DNA of 64,000 nt from Devosia sp. (GCF_036676215.1 NZ_JAKFDJ010000068.1:65575-129574); one strand, 5' to 3'. Shown: positions 8,760 to 18,245, counted from the first letter of the stretch. Numbers and translations: made by a program. The notes: a model not told the origin generated them from the sequence alone.

Positions 8760-10268
8760 TCAGAGCGTTTCGATCCGGATCAGTTGCGGTTCATCCACGA
8801 TAAACCCGTCAGCCGCGATCTGCGCAAGCGATTCACGCACCGATGATTCCAAAGTCTGTTGAGTGATCATCACCACAGTGCGAGTCGGCGACCCGTCCGA
8901 CGCCACTGCCTTAGCGTTCAAATCGGACCGCTGAATGACGGAGTCGATGGAAATGGCATGCTCGGCCATACGGCTGGTGATCGATGCGAGGGCGCCGGGC
9001 ACGTCCTTGGCATTGAGGCGGATATAGTAGCCGCCCTCATGCGCGCGCATGGGAGCATCCCTGTAGGGCAGCAGTTCGTCGCTCGGCACGCCCAGCGGCG
9101 GCACACGCGTGCCGCGAGCGATATCGAGGATGTCCGAGAGCACCGAGGAGGCAGTAGGCGGCCCGCCTGCGCCAGGACCGGCCAGCAGCAGTTCGTGCAC
9201 ATGGTCGGTCTCCAGCGCCACGGCGTTCATCACCCCATCGACGCCGGCAATGGCGCTGCCCTTGGGCACGAAGGTGGGGTGCACGCGCTGCTCGATGCCT
9301 TCGTCGGTGCGCTGGGCGATGCCGAGCAGCTTGATCTTGTAACCCAGCTCGGCCGCGACCTTGATGTCGTGCTGGGTGATCTTGGAAATGCCTTCCACCC
9401 GGATCTTGTCCGGTGCGATCTCGTAACCGAAGCAGAGCGTGGCAAGGATGGAGAGCTTGTGCGCGGTGTCGAAACCTTCGACGTCGAAGGTCGGGTCGGC
9501 TTCGGCATAGCCGAGCGCCTGCGCGTCCTTGAGGCAATCGGCGAAGCTGATGTCCTCATTGCCCATGCGGGTGAGGATATAGTTGCAGGTGCCGTTCATG
9601 ATACCGAACACCTTGGCGATGCGGGCCGAACCCAGGCCCTCGCGCAGCGTCTTGATCACGGGAATGCCGCCGGCCACCGCTGCCTCGAAGCCGAGCTGGG
9701 CGCCAGATTCCTCGGCCAGCCGGGCCAGGGCGACGCCATGCTTGGCCAGCAGCGCCTTGTTGGCTGTGACCACCGGGCGGCCGATTTCCAGCGCCGCCTT
9801 GACGGCCGCGAAGGCCGGACCGTCTTCGCCGCCGATCAGCTCGACGAAAAGGTCGATGCCATCGGATTTGGCGAGGGCCACCGGATCGTCGAACCAGTCG
9901 AGCCCGGAAATATCAATGCCGCGGTCGCGGGATCGCGAGCGCGCGGCAACGGCCGTCACCACCAATTGGCGGCCAAGTTTTCGCGTCAGCTCGCCCCCGT
10001 CTTTCTGCAGGATGCGCACCAGCGTGGCGCCGACATTGCCGAGGCCCGCCACGCCGACGCGCAAAGGTGCCTGCGTCTGGCCGTCGCCAAAATCCTGCAT
10101 CGCCTTGAGGATGCGCGTACGGGTATCGGAGCGCGGCTCACGACCCTCGCGCAGGTCGAAGACGAAGAGCGGATCGCCCGCAACGGTGCGGCCGAACCGG
10201 GTCGGCGTCCAACCGCGGGCGGAGATGAAGGTTTCGACGGATTGGCGGAAAGAAGCAATGTCACTCAT
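8760..10268 (-). CDS. hom: Homoserine dehydrogenase (with C-terminal ACT domain) carrying an N-terminal Cro-like HTH extension
   Basis: GLGNVG, VTANKA, FEAAVAGGIP, NGTCNYIL, GYAEADPTFDVEG, GPGAGG motifs; extra ~60 aa in frame at the N-terminus. Confidence 0.95.
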   Translation of the reverse strand: MSDIASFRQSVETFISARGWTPTRFGRTVAGDPLFVFDLREGREPRSDTRTRILKAMQDFGDGQTQAPLRVGVAGLGNVGATLVRILQKDGGELTRKLGRQLVVTAVAARSRSRDRGIDISGLDWFDDPVALAKSDGIDLFVELIGGEDGPAFAAVKAALEIGRPVVTANKALLAKHGVALARLAEESGAQLGFEAAVAGGIPVIKTLREGLGSARIAKVFGIMNGTCNYILTRMGNEDISFADCLKDAQALGYAEADPTFDVEGFDTAHKLSILATLCFGYEIAPDKIRVEGISKITQHDIKVAAELGYKIKLLGIAQRTDEGIEQRVHPTFVPKGSAIAGVDGVMNAVALETDHVHELLLAGPGAGGPPTASSVLSDILDIARGTRVPPLGVPSDELLPYRDAPMRAHEGGYYIRLNAKDVPGALASITSRMAEHAISIDSVIQRSDLNAKAVASDGSPTRTVVMITQQTLESSVRESLAQIAADGFIVDEPQLIRIETL

Positions 10269-10284
10269 GGTGGCGACATCTGCA

Positions 10285-10312
10285 TAGGAATTCGCCTAGC
10301 CGTCAATAGGAC
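10285..10312 (-). promoter_or_regulatory. Putative hom promoter with palindromic operator
   Basis: Minus-strand TTGACG (10301-10306); TAGG-AATTCG-CCTA palindrome (10285-10298); extra TAGG half-site at 10307. Confidence 0.5.
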
Positions 10313-10332
10313 AATGCGTGTCGGCGGCGGTC

Positions 10333-11169
10333 TTAGCGAGCCAGGCCCAGGCAGATGGCGCCCAGGGCCACGATCGCGCCAGCAACGATGCGACGGGCGG
10401 TCAGGGTTTCCCCAAGGAACAACCAGCCAATCAGGATAGCGAAAACGACGCTGGTCTCCCGCAGGGCGGTGATCGGTCCGGCAGGGCCCAAAGAGAATGC
10501 AATCACCACCAGAGCGTAGGCGAATAGCGCAGCGATCCCCCCGCCCAGAGCTTTCCACGTGTCAGGCTCGCCAAAGTTCACGGTCAGGTTGCGGCGCACG
10601 AGAACGAAAGCAAGCGGCAGCATGGTGCCGTAACCGATGAAGACCCAGGCTGCATAGGCGCCAGCATGTTGCGCCACATGGACGCCAATGGAATCCACCG
10701 TGCCATAGCTGGCGACGATGACGCCCGTGGCAAAGGCAAAAAGGATCGACGCCCAGGACGCCCTGCTCTTGCCGAGGGCCAGGCTCATGATGCCGACTGC
10801 CACCAGCGTCACCCCGATCGCCTGAGCGATCGAAGGCCGTTCGCCGGCCAGCAGGAAAGTGCCCAGGGTGACAAGCAATGGCGCCGTACCGCGCACGATG
10901 GGATAGACCTGCCCGAGCTGGCCATAGCGATAGGCGGCGACCAGGAAGAACGTGTAACCGACCTGCAGCGCCGACGAGAGTGCGATGTAAATCCACGCCG
11001 ATGACGCCGGCAGCGGAAAGATGAAAGCGAAAGGAATGGCAATGATCGTGCCCGAAAAGCTCATGACCGTGACGGTCCAGAGCCTGTCTGCCCCACTGCG
11101 CAGGAAGGCATTCCAGGTCGCGTGCAGCACGGCGGCGCTGAGGGCGAGGACGATGACGATCGGGCTCAT
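10333..11169 (-). CDS. EamA/DMT family transporter
   Basis: LHATWN, YPIVRG, ALRETSVVF..LIG..FLGE motifs; ~10 TM helices. Confidence 0.92.
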   Translation of the reverse strand: MSPIVIVLALSAAVLHATWNAFLRSGADRLWTVTVMSFSGTIIAIPFAFIFPLPASSAWIYIALSSALQVGYTFFLVAAYRYGQLGQVYPIVRGTAPLLVTLGTFLLAGERPSIAQAIGVTLVAVGIMSLALGKSRASWASILFAFATGVIVASYGTVDSIGVHVAQHAGAYAAWVFIGYGTMLPLAFVLVRRNLTVNFGEPDTWKALGGGIAALFAYALVVIAFSLGPAGPITALRETSVVFAILIGWLFLGETLTARRIVAGAIVALGAICLGLAR

Positions 11170-11313
11170 CGAGGCATGTTCCGCATGGAACGGCGAGCCG
11201 GGTCATCGAACCCGGCTCCACTGAGCCGCCATGACGGATTTATGACAATGGACGCGTGAGTCCGTCAATGCGGTGGGGCCGGCCCTGATGCCGGCCCGCA
11301 AGCGCCCGCAAAA

Positions 11314-12525
11314 CTAGCCGGCCAGCGGGACCACATTGCCACTGCCGCCCTTGGAGCCGAGCAACTTCTTGATATTGCGGGCCGCCTGGCGGATGCGCTG
11401 TTCGTTCTCGACGAAGGCGAGGCGAATATATTGATCGCCATATTCGCCGAAGCCCACGCCGGGCGCCACGCCAACGCCGGTCTCGCGGATCAGCAGCTTG
11501 GCAAATTCGAGCGAACCGAGATGGGCGAACTGGGCCGGAATGGGCGCCCAAGCGAACATGGTGGCCTTGGGCACGGGGATATCCCAGCCGGAGCGGGCAA
11601 AGCTCTCGACCATCACGTCACGGCGGTATTTGTAGATCTTGCGGACCTCTTCGATCACGTCGTCCGAGCCGTTGAGAGCTGCAGTCGCGGCCACCTGGAT
11701 CGGGGTGAAGGCGCCGTAGTCGAGATAGGACTTCACCCGTGCCAGCGCGGCGATCAGGCGCTCATTGCCGACAGCAAAGCCGACACGCCAGCCGGGCATG
11801 GAATAGGTCTTGGACATGGAGGTGAACTCCACCGTGATGTCTATGGCGCCCGGGACCTGCAAGACGGAGGGCGGCGGCACGTCATCGAAATAGATCTCGG
11901 AATAGGCAAGATCGGAGAGGATGAAGATGTCGTTGGCCCGGCAATACTTGACCACCTCGGCGTAGAAATCGAGCGTGGCGGTATAGGCGGTGGGGTTGGC
12001 CGGATAGTTCAGCACCAGCGCGATCGGCTTGGGGATCGAGTGCCGCACGGCGCGATCCAGCGAGCGCATGAAGTCTTCGTTCGGATCGGCCGGCATGGAG
12101 CGGACGACGCCGCCGCTCATGATGAAGCCGAAGGAATGGATCGGATAGGTCGGGTTGGGCACCAGCACCACGTCGCCCGGTGCGGTGATCGCCTGCGCCA
12201 TGTTGGCGAAGCCTTCCTTGGAGCCCAAAGTCGCCACGACCTGGGTGTCGGGGTTGAGCTTCACGCCGAAACGGCGGCCGTAATAGCTGGCCTGGGCCTT
12301 GCGCAGGCCGGGAATGCCCTTGGAGCTGGAATAGCGGTGGGTGCGCGAATCGAGCACCGTTTCCTGGAGCTTCTTGACGATATGCTCTGGTGTCGGCAGG
12401 TCCGGATTGCCCATGCCGAGATCGATGATGTCCACGCCCTCGGCCCGCGCCTTGGCCTTGATCGGATTGATATGCTCGAACACATAGGGGGGGAGGCGGC
12501 GGATGCGATGGAAGTCTTCGCTCAT
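11314..12525 (-). CDS. Class I/II PLP aminotransferase (AlaC / LL-diaminopimelate aminotransferase-like)
   Basis: RLPPYVF, DLGMGNPD, GSKEG, NYPANPT, DLAY, SMSKTYSMPGWRVG; ATG at 12525 with GAGG RBS. Confidence 0.92.
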   Translation of the reverse strand: MSEDFHRIRRLPPYVFEHINPIKAKARAEGVDIIDLGMGNPDLPTPEHIVKKLQETVLDSRTHRYSSSKGIPGLRKAQASYYGRRFGVKLNPDTQVVATLGSKEGFANMAQAITAPGDVVLVPNPTYPIHSFGFIMSGGVVRSMPADPNEDFMRSLDRAVRHSIPKPIALVLNYPANPTAYTATLDFYAEVVKYCRANDIFILSDLAYSEIYFDDVPPPSVLQVPGAIDITVEFTSMSKTYSMPGWRVGFAVGNERLIAALARVKSYLDYGAFTPIQVAATAALNGSDDVIEEVRKIYKYRRDVMVESFARSGWDIPVPKATMFAWAPIPAQFAHLGSLEFAKLLIRETGVGVAPGVGFGEYGDQYIRLAFVENEQRIRQAARNIKKLLGSKGGSGNVVPLAG

Positions 12526-12705
12526 GATTTCCTCGACGGTCCCGCTTGGGACCTGAACTGGACCGCGACGCGCTGGTAGCGCCACGCCTCACACTGAGGC
12601 CGTGATTATCGCGGAATTATGGTTGTAAACGGGTTAAGTGGCCCGCTTCGGGCCGGGCTATCGTGTTCGGCTCTTCCCAGCCCAGGCGGGGCCACGCGGG
12701 AAGAG

Positions 12706-12801
12706 CTAGCGGGCGTTTGCCGCCGCCACGAAGGCAGCCGCAGCCACTGCACCACTGGCGAGCGAGGCTCCAACCTTAGCAACAGTGTACAGAGACTGCA
12801 T
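12706..12801 (-). CDS. Putative 31-aa hydrophobic small protein MQSLYTVAKVGASLASGAVAAAAFVAAANAR (below ORF-track cutoff)
   Basis: ATG preceded by GAAGGGCAAGGGAC; TAG at 12706-12708 runs into hairpin GCTCTTCCC...GGGAAGAGC (12670-12706). Confidence 0.45.
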   Translation of the reverse strand: MQSLYTVAKVGASLASGAVAAAAFVAAANAR

Positions 12802-12938
12802 GTCCCTTGCCCTTCGGACGCGATTTTTGTAAGGAAATCAGCTATCGACAAGGCCGTTCATAAATCCTCCTCTGGGTATTGTAAATGGTCCGAAGGGTGC
12901 CAACCTTCGGCCAGAGCGGTGTATGGTGAGGTAAGACT

Positions 12939-14255
12939 TTGAAGCGCATTGCCCTCGTCACGATCGGCACGCAAGGCGACGTTCAACCCTATCTGGCCCT
13001 CGCGATCGCTCTCAAGGAGCGTGGCTACTCGGTTGTCCTTGGCGCCTCTGAAGAATTCCAGGACATGGTCGAAGGCCATGGCATCGAGTTCCACACGCTG
13101 GGACCCTCCATCCAGTCCTTCCTGACCCAGCAGCGCTTCGAGAATGCGATGAGCCAGTCCATGCTCATCAACGGGCCTTCATTGTTGAGGCAAGGGCAAC
13201 AGATCGTGGATACAGCGGCGCGACACGCCTGGCACATGTGCCAGGGCGCCGACATGCTGATCCTGAACATGAATACCAGTTTCGGCATCGACATTGCCGA
13301 GGCGCTGCATATTCCGGCCATCATGGTGGCGCTGCAGCCGCTGAACTCGACCAGCGAATTCCCGCTCTGCATCTATTACGGCGCCGATTTCGGGCCGGCC
13401 TTCAACAAGCTGAGCTATACGGCAATGACCGTGCAGCAGATCTATTACAACCTGCCGCGCAACAAGCTGCGCCGCGAGCTGATGGGGCTCGACGCGCGCA
13501 AGAAGGGCGGCTTCTTCCGCAATACCGACGGCACGGCGCTGACCACGCTCTATCCCTATTCCCCTGTCGTATCGCCCCGCCCGCGTGACTGGCCCAAGAG
13601 CGCCATCGTCACCGGCTACTGGAACCTGCGGGACCGCAGCGACTGGCAGCCTTCGGCGGCGTTCCAGAAATTTCTCTCCGAGGGCGACGCGCCAGTCTAT
13701 ATCGGCTTCGGGTCGATGCCGTTCGGGGCCGAGCGCAACACCAAGATATTGAAGGAAGCCGTCGCCATGTGGGGCGGACGGGCCGTGGTGGCCCGCGGCT
13801 GGGGCGGCATCAATCCGCAGGACCTGCCGGACACGATCTTTGCCATCGAGAAAGCGCCGCACGACAAGCTGTTCAAATATGTGTCAGCTGTCGTTCATCA
13901 TGGTGGCGCCGGCACAACATCGGCGGGGCTGCATCTGGGCCGGCCGACCTTCGTCGTGCCGCAGACCGTCGACCAGCCCTATTGGGGCCGCCGGGTCTAT
14001 GAGCTGGGCTGCGGGCCCAAGCCAGTGCGCTTGCGCAAGCTGACCTCGGAAATCCTGGCTGGCGCCCTGGAGGATCTCTCCACCAACGAGGATTACCGCC
14101 GCAACGCCGCCGACATTGCCGAACAGCTGCATGCAGAGGACGGCGCGGAAAAGGCCATCAAGGTCATCGAGCGGGTGATGGCCAACTATGTGCCGCGCGT
14201 GCCCAAGGTGAAAAAAGCCAAGAAGGTCAAGCCGGCGCTCAAGCTGGTCGGCTAG
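12939..14255 (+). CDS. GT1/GT28-type glycosyltransferase (sterol/glycolipid glucosyltransferase-like)
   Basis: GTQGDVQPY, YIGFGSM, VHHGGAGTT, DQPYWG motifs; TTG start after GAGGT. Confidence 0.9.
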   Translation: MKRIALVTIGTQGDVQPYLALAIALKERGYSVVLGASEEFQDMVEGHGIEFHTLGPSIQSFLTQQRFENAMSQSMLINGPSLLRQGQQIVDTAARHAWHMCQGADMLILNMNTSFGIDIAEALHIPAIMVALQPLNSTSEFPLCIYYGADFGPAFNKLSYTAMTVQQIYYNLPRNKLRRELMGLDARKKGGFFRNTDGTALTTLYPYSPVVSPRPRDWPKSAIVTGYWNLRDRSDWQPSAAFQKFLSEGDAPVYIGFGSMPFGAERNTKILKEAVAMWGGRAVVARGWGGINPQDLPDTIFAIEKAPHDKLFKYVSAVVHHGGAGTTSAGLHLGRPTFVVPQTVDQPYWGRRVYELGCGPKPVRLRKLTSEILAGALEDLSTNEDYRRNAADIAEQLHAEDGAEKAIKVIERVMANYVPRVPKVKKAKKVKPALKLVG

Positions 14256-14260
14256 GCGAC

Positions 14261-14331
14261 GCATCTCCCTTACCCCAGGGAAGGCCCCGCATGGGGCGCT
14301 GCGCGCCGACCTCCCCGAGGGGAGAGATGTA
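14261..14331. repeat. Degenerate half copy of the 7594-7731 palindromic element
   Basis: 19-nt identity GGCGCTGCGCGCCGACCTC (14295-14313 vs 7689-7707) followed by CCC..GGGGAGAG; lies between convergent genes. Confidence 0.65.
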
Positions 14332-14336
14332 GCGTT

Positions 14337-14984
14337 TCAACGTCGTGACAGGCGATAGCTGTACAGAGTGCCGGCCAGCAGCGGGATCAGCACGCCCGCG
14401 GTGACGACTGCCAGCAAGGCGTAGGGGCTGCTGGTCAGCAGGGCAGCGATGGCCATCGCCAGACCAGCCAGCAACATCAGCAGGCCCACCAGGCGATTGG
14501 TCGCCTGCCAATTGGCCGGGCTGGCCATAGTCCAGGGCAGGCGAACACCGGAAACGGCATTGGGCTGGGATTTTGGCAGAACATTGCCCAGCAGCACGAA
14601 GAGCAGGCCAAGGGCCAGCACGATGATACGCACCATGTCCACCGGCTGGCCCATGCCGATCAGGATCGTGGCCGCCTGGATGACGAGGCAGAGCGCCAAT
14701 AGGCCCGGCACGACCACGCGCAGACCATGCCGGGCGCCGGCCACGCGCTCTGGCGCGTTCAGCCGGGTCGACAGCCAGATCAGGGCGATGACCAAGACAA
14801 AGATGCCGGGAAGCAGCAGCAACGCAGCGTCGCGTGGCAGGAAACCGTCCGCCTGGCCGCTGATGCCCCAGTGAACCGGCAGGATGGTGCCGGCCGGCAC
14901 CAGGACGAAGCCGGCCAGGGTCGCTGCCGCAAGGGCCAGCGCCAGAACCAGAGCGAGTGGAGTGAAGAGATCACGCAAAGTCAT
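14337..14984 (-). CDS. SdpI family immunity / membrane protein (DUF1648 + SdpI)
   Basis: PVHWGISGQADG, GNVLPK..PN...GVRLPWT...NW..TNR motifs. Confidence 0.9.
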   Translation of the reverse strand: MTLRDLFTPLALVLALALAAATLAGFVLVPAGTILPVHWGISGQADGFLPRDAALLLLPGIFVLVIALIWLSTRLNAPERVAGARHGLRVVVPGLLALCLVIQAATILIGMGQPVDMVRIIVLALGLLFVLLGNVLPKSQPNAVSGVRLPWTMASPANWQATNRLVGLLMLLAGLAMAIAALLTSSPYALLAVVTAGVLIPLLAGTLYSYRLSRR

Positions 14985-15250
14985 TGGTCCTGCTCCTTGA
15001 GCGATAGAACATCGGCGAGTGCCTGTTCGAGCACCGACGTGTTGAGATGGTAGATGAGGCTCGTCCCCTGCCGTTCCACGGCAACCAGGTCCGCCTCCTT
15101 GAGCTTGGCGAAATGCACGGAGAGCGTCGGCCGGCTGATGCTGAAATGGCCGGCCAGGTCGCCGGCGCTCATCGGCCCGCCCTTGAGCAGCGCCAGCACC
15201 TTGCGCCGCACCGGATGGGACAGCGCTTCGAAGACGGTATTGATACTCAA
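14981..15250 (-). CDS. ArsR/SmtB-family autorepressor, SdpR-like
   Basis: VFEALSHPVRRKVL.LL..GPMSAGDLA..F.IS.PTLS.HF..LKEADLV; ATGA overlap with sdpI. Confidence 0.92.
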   Translation of the reverse strand: MSINTVFEALSHPVRRKVLALLKGGPMSAGDLAGHFSISRPTLSVHFAKLKEADLVAVERQGTSLIYHLNTSVLEQALADVLSLKEQDQ

Positions 15251-15260
15251 GGGTGATCCT

Positions 15261-15314
15261 TATTTCGTTGTTACACTAATTAGTTGTTTTGCTAATTAGT
15301 GTCAAGACGAAATA
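15261..15314. promoter_or_regulatory. Long AT-rich palindrome, candidate SdpR operator
   Basis: TATTTCGT..ACACTAATTAG-N8-CTAATTAGTGT..ACGAAATA directly upstream of sdpR; includes minus-strand TTGACA. Confidence 0.75.
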
Positions 15315-15339
15315 TGGGGGCAGCCTGCTGCCGTAGCGA

Positions 15340-15972
15340 TCAGCGCCGCGTGGCCAGGGTGACAAGCCCGGCAATGGCGAGGGGTGCGTAGAGCGCCGCC
15401 ACAAAGGCCACAACCAGCGCCCCTGCCCCCGCGTCCAGCCATGCCAAGGCCACCAGGCCCATGCCTGCCAGGCCGAAGGCCAAGCCGGCAGAGCGATGGA
15501 CAACGCGCCAGGCGCGGTCGGAACCGACGGGCCACGGCATGCGCATCCCCGCGTAGGTGTGCCGTTCGGCTTCGAACAGCACTACGCCGAGCAGGAGCAG
15601 CACGATCCCCAGCCCGAAGCCGGTAAAGCGGATGAAATCGAGGTCCGAGCCAATGCCGGTCAGCAGCAGGCCAAACTGGGTCGCGGCGATGACGGACAGT
15701 TGCAGGGTGAGCGCCGGGTCTAGGATATGCTGGGACTTGGCGAAGTGGTTTTTGGTGAACAGCCGACCGAGCAGGAAAAACGCTGCGATCAGCACGAGTT
15801 GAACAAGTGGCGCCACGATGAGCGCGTTGCGCGGCCAGACCCAGTCGGCGGCACTACCCGCCCAATGGGCGGGAAAGACGACGTCAGCGGGGATGCGGAA
15901 GAACCCGACGCCCGTGATGGCCAAGGTTACGGTCAGCAGCAACAGATGAAAGCGGGTGACGAGGGTCTGCAT
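15340..15972 (-). CDS. Second, divergent SdpI-like membrane protein
   Basis: PAHW..S.AD and YAGMRMPW...DRAWRVVHR motifs; ~6 TM helices. Confidence 0.75.
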   Translation of the reverse strand: MQTLVTRFHLLLLTVTLAITGVGFFRIPADVVFPAHWAGSAADWVWPRNALIVAPLVQLVLIAAFFLLGRLFTKNHFAKSQHILDPALTLQLSVIAATQFGLLLTGIGSDLDFIRFTGFGLGIVLLLLGVVLFEAERHTYAGMRMPWPVGSDRAWRVVHRSAGLAFGLAGMGLVALAWLDAGAGALVVAFVAALYAPLAIAGLVTLATRR

Positions 15973-16016
15973 GGTGGGCTCGATCGAACGCAGCTGACTT
16001 GGTGCATCTGAGCGCA

Positions 16017-16042
16017 AAAGAAAAGGGCCGGTTTCCCGGCCC
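16017..16042 (-). terminator. Rho-independent terminator of rplM-rpsI
   Basis: GGGCCGG-GAAA-CCGGCCC stem-loop followed by TTTTCTTTT on the minus strand. Confidence 0.85.
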
Positions 16043-16067
16043 CTCTCCATATCTGTAAAATCGAGGC

Positions 16068-16550
16068 TTAACGCTTCGAGAACTGGAAGGACTTGCGGGC
16101 CTTGGCCTTGCCGTACTTCTTGCGTTCGACGACGCGGCTGTCGCGGGTGAGGAAACCACCCTTCTTGAGGATCGGGCGCAAAGCGGGCTCGAAATAGTTG
16201 AGCGCCTTGGAGATGCCGTGACGAACGGCACCGGCCTGACCGGAGAGACCACCACCGGCAACAGTCACGACGACGTCGTACTGGTCGGTGCGTTCGGTCG
16301 CGACGATCGGCTGCTTGACGATGAGCTGGAGAACCGGACGCGCAAAGTAGGTGGCGAATTCGCGACCGTTGACGACGACCTTGCCCTTGCCCGGCTTGAT
16401 CCAGACGCGAGCGACAGCGTTCTTGCGCTTGCCGGTGGCATAGGCGCGGCCCTGGGCGTCGAGCTTCTGCACATGCACCGGAGCGGTGTTCACGACCGGA
16501 GCAACAGTGGAGGTGCCGAGGTCTTCGAGGGAGTTGATGGTTTCGGCCAT
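16068..16550 (-). CDS. rpsI: 30S ribosomal protein S9
   Basis: [27 protein letters not shown]-terminal QFSKR. Confidence 0.99.
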   Translation of the reverse strand: MAETINSLEDLGTSTVAPVVNTAPVHVQKLDAQGRAYATGKRKNAVARVWIKPGKGKVVVNGREFATYFARPVLQLIVKQPIVATERTDQYDVVVTVAGGGLSGQAGAVRHGISKALNYFEPALRPILKKGGFLTRDSRVVERKKYGKAKARKSFQFSKR

Positions 16551-16551
16551 A

Positions 16552-17016
16552 TTACTTCACCCGCGCATTCTTGGAGTTCATCGCAGCAACGTCCAGCTTG
16601 GCCGGGTTCTGCGCTTCATGGGGATGCTCGGCGCCGGAGTAGACGCGGAGGTTCTTGAGCTGCGCACGGGTCAGCGGACCGCCCGGCATCATGCGACGAA
16701 CCGCGTTCTCGAGCACGCGCTCGGGGAAACGACCTTCCAGGATCTCACGCGCGGAGCGATCCTTGATGCCGCCGGGGAAGCCGGTGTGCCAGTAGAACTT
16801 GTGCTGGTCCAGCTTGCGGCCGGTCAGCTTCACCTTGTCGGCATTGATGACAACGATGTTGTCGCCCATGTCCATATGCGGGGTGAAGGTCGGCTTGTGC
16901 TTGCCGCGCAGACGCGAAGCGATGATCGAAGCAACGCGACCCACGACCAGCCCATTGGCGTCGATCAGGATCCACTTCTTTTCGATCTCGCTCGGTTTTG
17001 CCGAGTAAGTGCTCAT
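16552..17016 (-). CDS. rplM: 50S ribosomal protein L13
   Basis: KWILIDA...GR.AS..A..LRGKHKP.FTPH.D.GD, HTGFPGG, HPHEAQ; ATG at 17016. Confidence 0.99.
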   Translation of the reverse strand: MSTYSAKPSEIEKKWILIDANGLVVGRVASIIASRLRGKHKPTFTPHMDMGDNIVVINADKVKLTGRKLDQHKFYWHTGFPGGIKDRSAREILEGRFPERVLENAVRRMMPGGPLTRAQLKNLRVYSGAEHPHEAQNPAKLDVAAMNSKNARVK

Positions 17017-17180
17017 GCTTGAATTCCCTAGATAATTGGGGCTTGCAGCCTTCATCCAAGGAAGAAAGCGGCGTGTTCGGAGCGTCGTGTATGAGGGATT
17101 CCGAAGACCGTCAAGAGGGTTGATTTAATCATGCAAAATCAATGGGTTAAGATTGCGGTATTATAATACCTCAATCTCGT

Positions 17181-18245
17181 CTATCGCCCGACCCGTCTCA
17201 TATCTGCGATATAGGCCATCGTTGCACCGGCGAGCATGAAGGCCAGCGCCTGGTGACCCACGGCGAGTGAGATCGGCACGGCGGTCAGCAACGTGGCGAT
17301 GCCGAGTGCAACCTGAAGCAGCACCAGCAGGCCCAGCCGGGGCAGCCAGCCATGCACGCCAGCAAAGCCGCCGGCACGATGCTGGCGCCATAGCAGCACC
17401 GCCATATAGGCAATGATGAGATAGGCGATGCCGCGGTGAATGAACTGCACCGTCAGGGCATTTTCGAACAGGTTGCGCCAGAGCGGCTGCATGGCGCCCA
17501 GACCATCGGGGATGATCGCGCCGTCCATCAGCGGCCAGGTGTTGTAGCCCATGCCGGCGTCCAACCCGGCAACAAAGGCCCCTGCCCCGATCTGGAAGAT
17601 GATGAGGACCAGTAGAATCGTTGCCCACCAGCTGTTGCGGCTGGTGACATATCCGTCCACCCGCCGCGGCTCGAGCGAGCGCGGCACGTAGATCAGGGCG
17701 ATGAACAGCAGCGATGCCGCCGTCAGATGCGCGGCGAGCCGGTATTGCGAAACCGAGGTCAGTTCAGTGAGGCCCGAAGACACCATCCACCAGCCCAGCG
17801 CACCCTGGAAGCCACCGAGAATGAACAGGCCGAACAAGGGCCAGGCCAGTTGCGCGGTAAAACGCCTCTGGACCAGGAAGACGACGAAGGGGACCGCGAA
17901 TAGCACGCCCAGCAGGCGCCCGAGCAGGCGGTGCAGGTATTCCCAGAAGAAGATGACCTTGAAGTCGTCGATGGTCATCCAGCTATTGTTGACCTCGTAT
18001 TGCGGGATCTGCTTGTAGGCGTCGAACTCGGCCTGCCAATCGGCGTCGCTCAGTGGCGGGATGGTGCCGGAAATCGGCTTCCAGCTGGTGATGGAAAGCC
18101 CGGACTCGGTCAGCCGGGTAATGCCGCCAACCACGACCATAAGCAGCACAAAGGCTGCCATGACATAGAGCCAGATGCGCACCGGGCGCAGCCGGTCCGC
18201 GGCATAGGTGGTCTGGCTCAGTGCGGCACTATGGGCGCTGGTCAC
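17181..18245 (-). CDS. ctaA: Heme A synthase (COX15/CtaA)
   Basis: VGGITRLTESGLSI, EYLHRLLGR, GWWMVSSG, YRLAAHL, VQFIHR, HQ motifs; start uncertain (GTG 18245). Confidence 0.95.
   Translation of the reverse strand: MTSAHSAALSQTTYAADRLRPVRIWLYVMAAFVLLMVVVGGITRLTESGLSITSWKPISGTIPPLSDADWQAEFDAYKQIPQYEVNNSWMTIDDFKVIFFWEYLHRLLGRLLGVLFAVPFVVFLVQRRFTAQLAWPLFGLFILGGFQGALGWWMVSSGLTELTSVSQYRLAAHLTAASLLFIALIYVPRSLEPRRVDGYVTSRNSWWATILLVLIIFQIGAGAFVAGLDAGMGYNTWPLMDGAIIPDGLGAMQPLWRNLFENALTVQFIHRGIAYLIIAYMAVLLWRQHRAGGFAGVHGWLPRLGLLVLLQVALGIATLLTAVPISLAVGHQALAFMLAGATMAYIADMRRVGR

Noticed and set aside
8859-10439. Long antisense ORFs (also 6415-7560, 19890-21356, 35219-36469, 41616-42962, 47183-48973)
   Set aside because: Shadow frames opposite well-supported genes, expected from high-GC codon bias; no recognisable motifs
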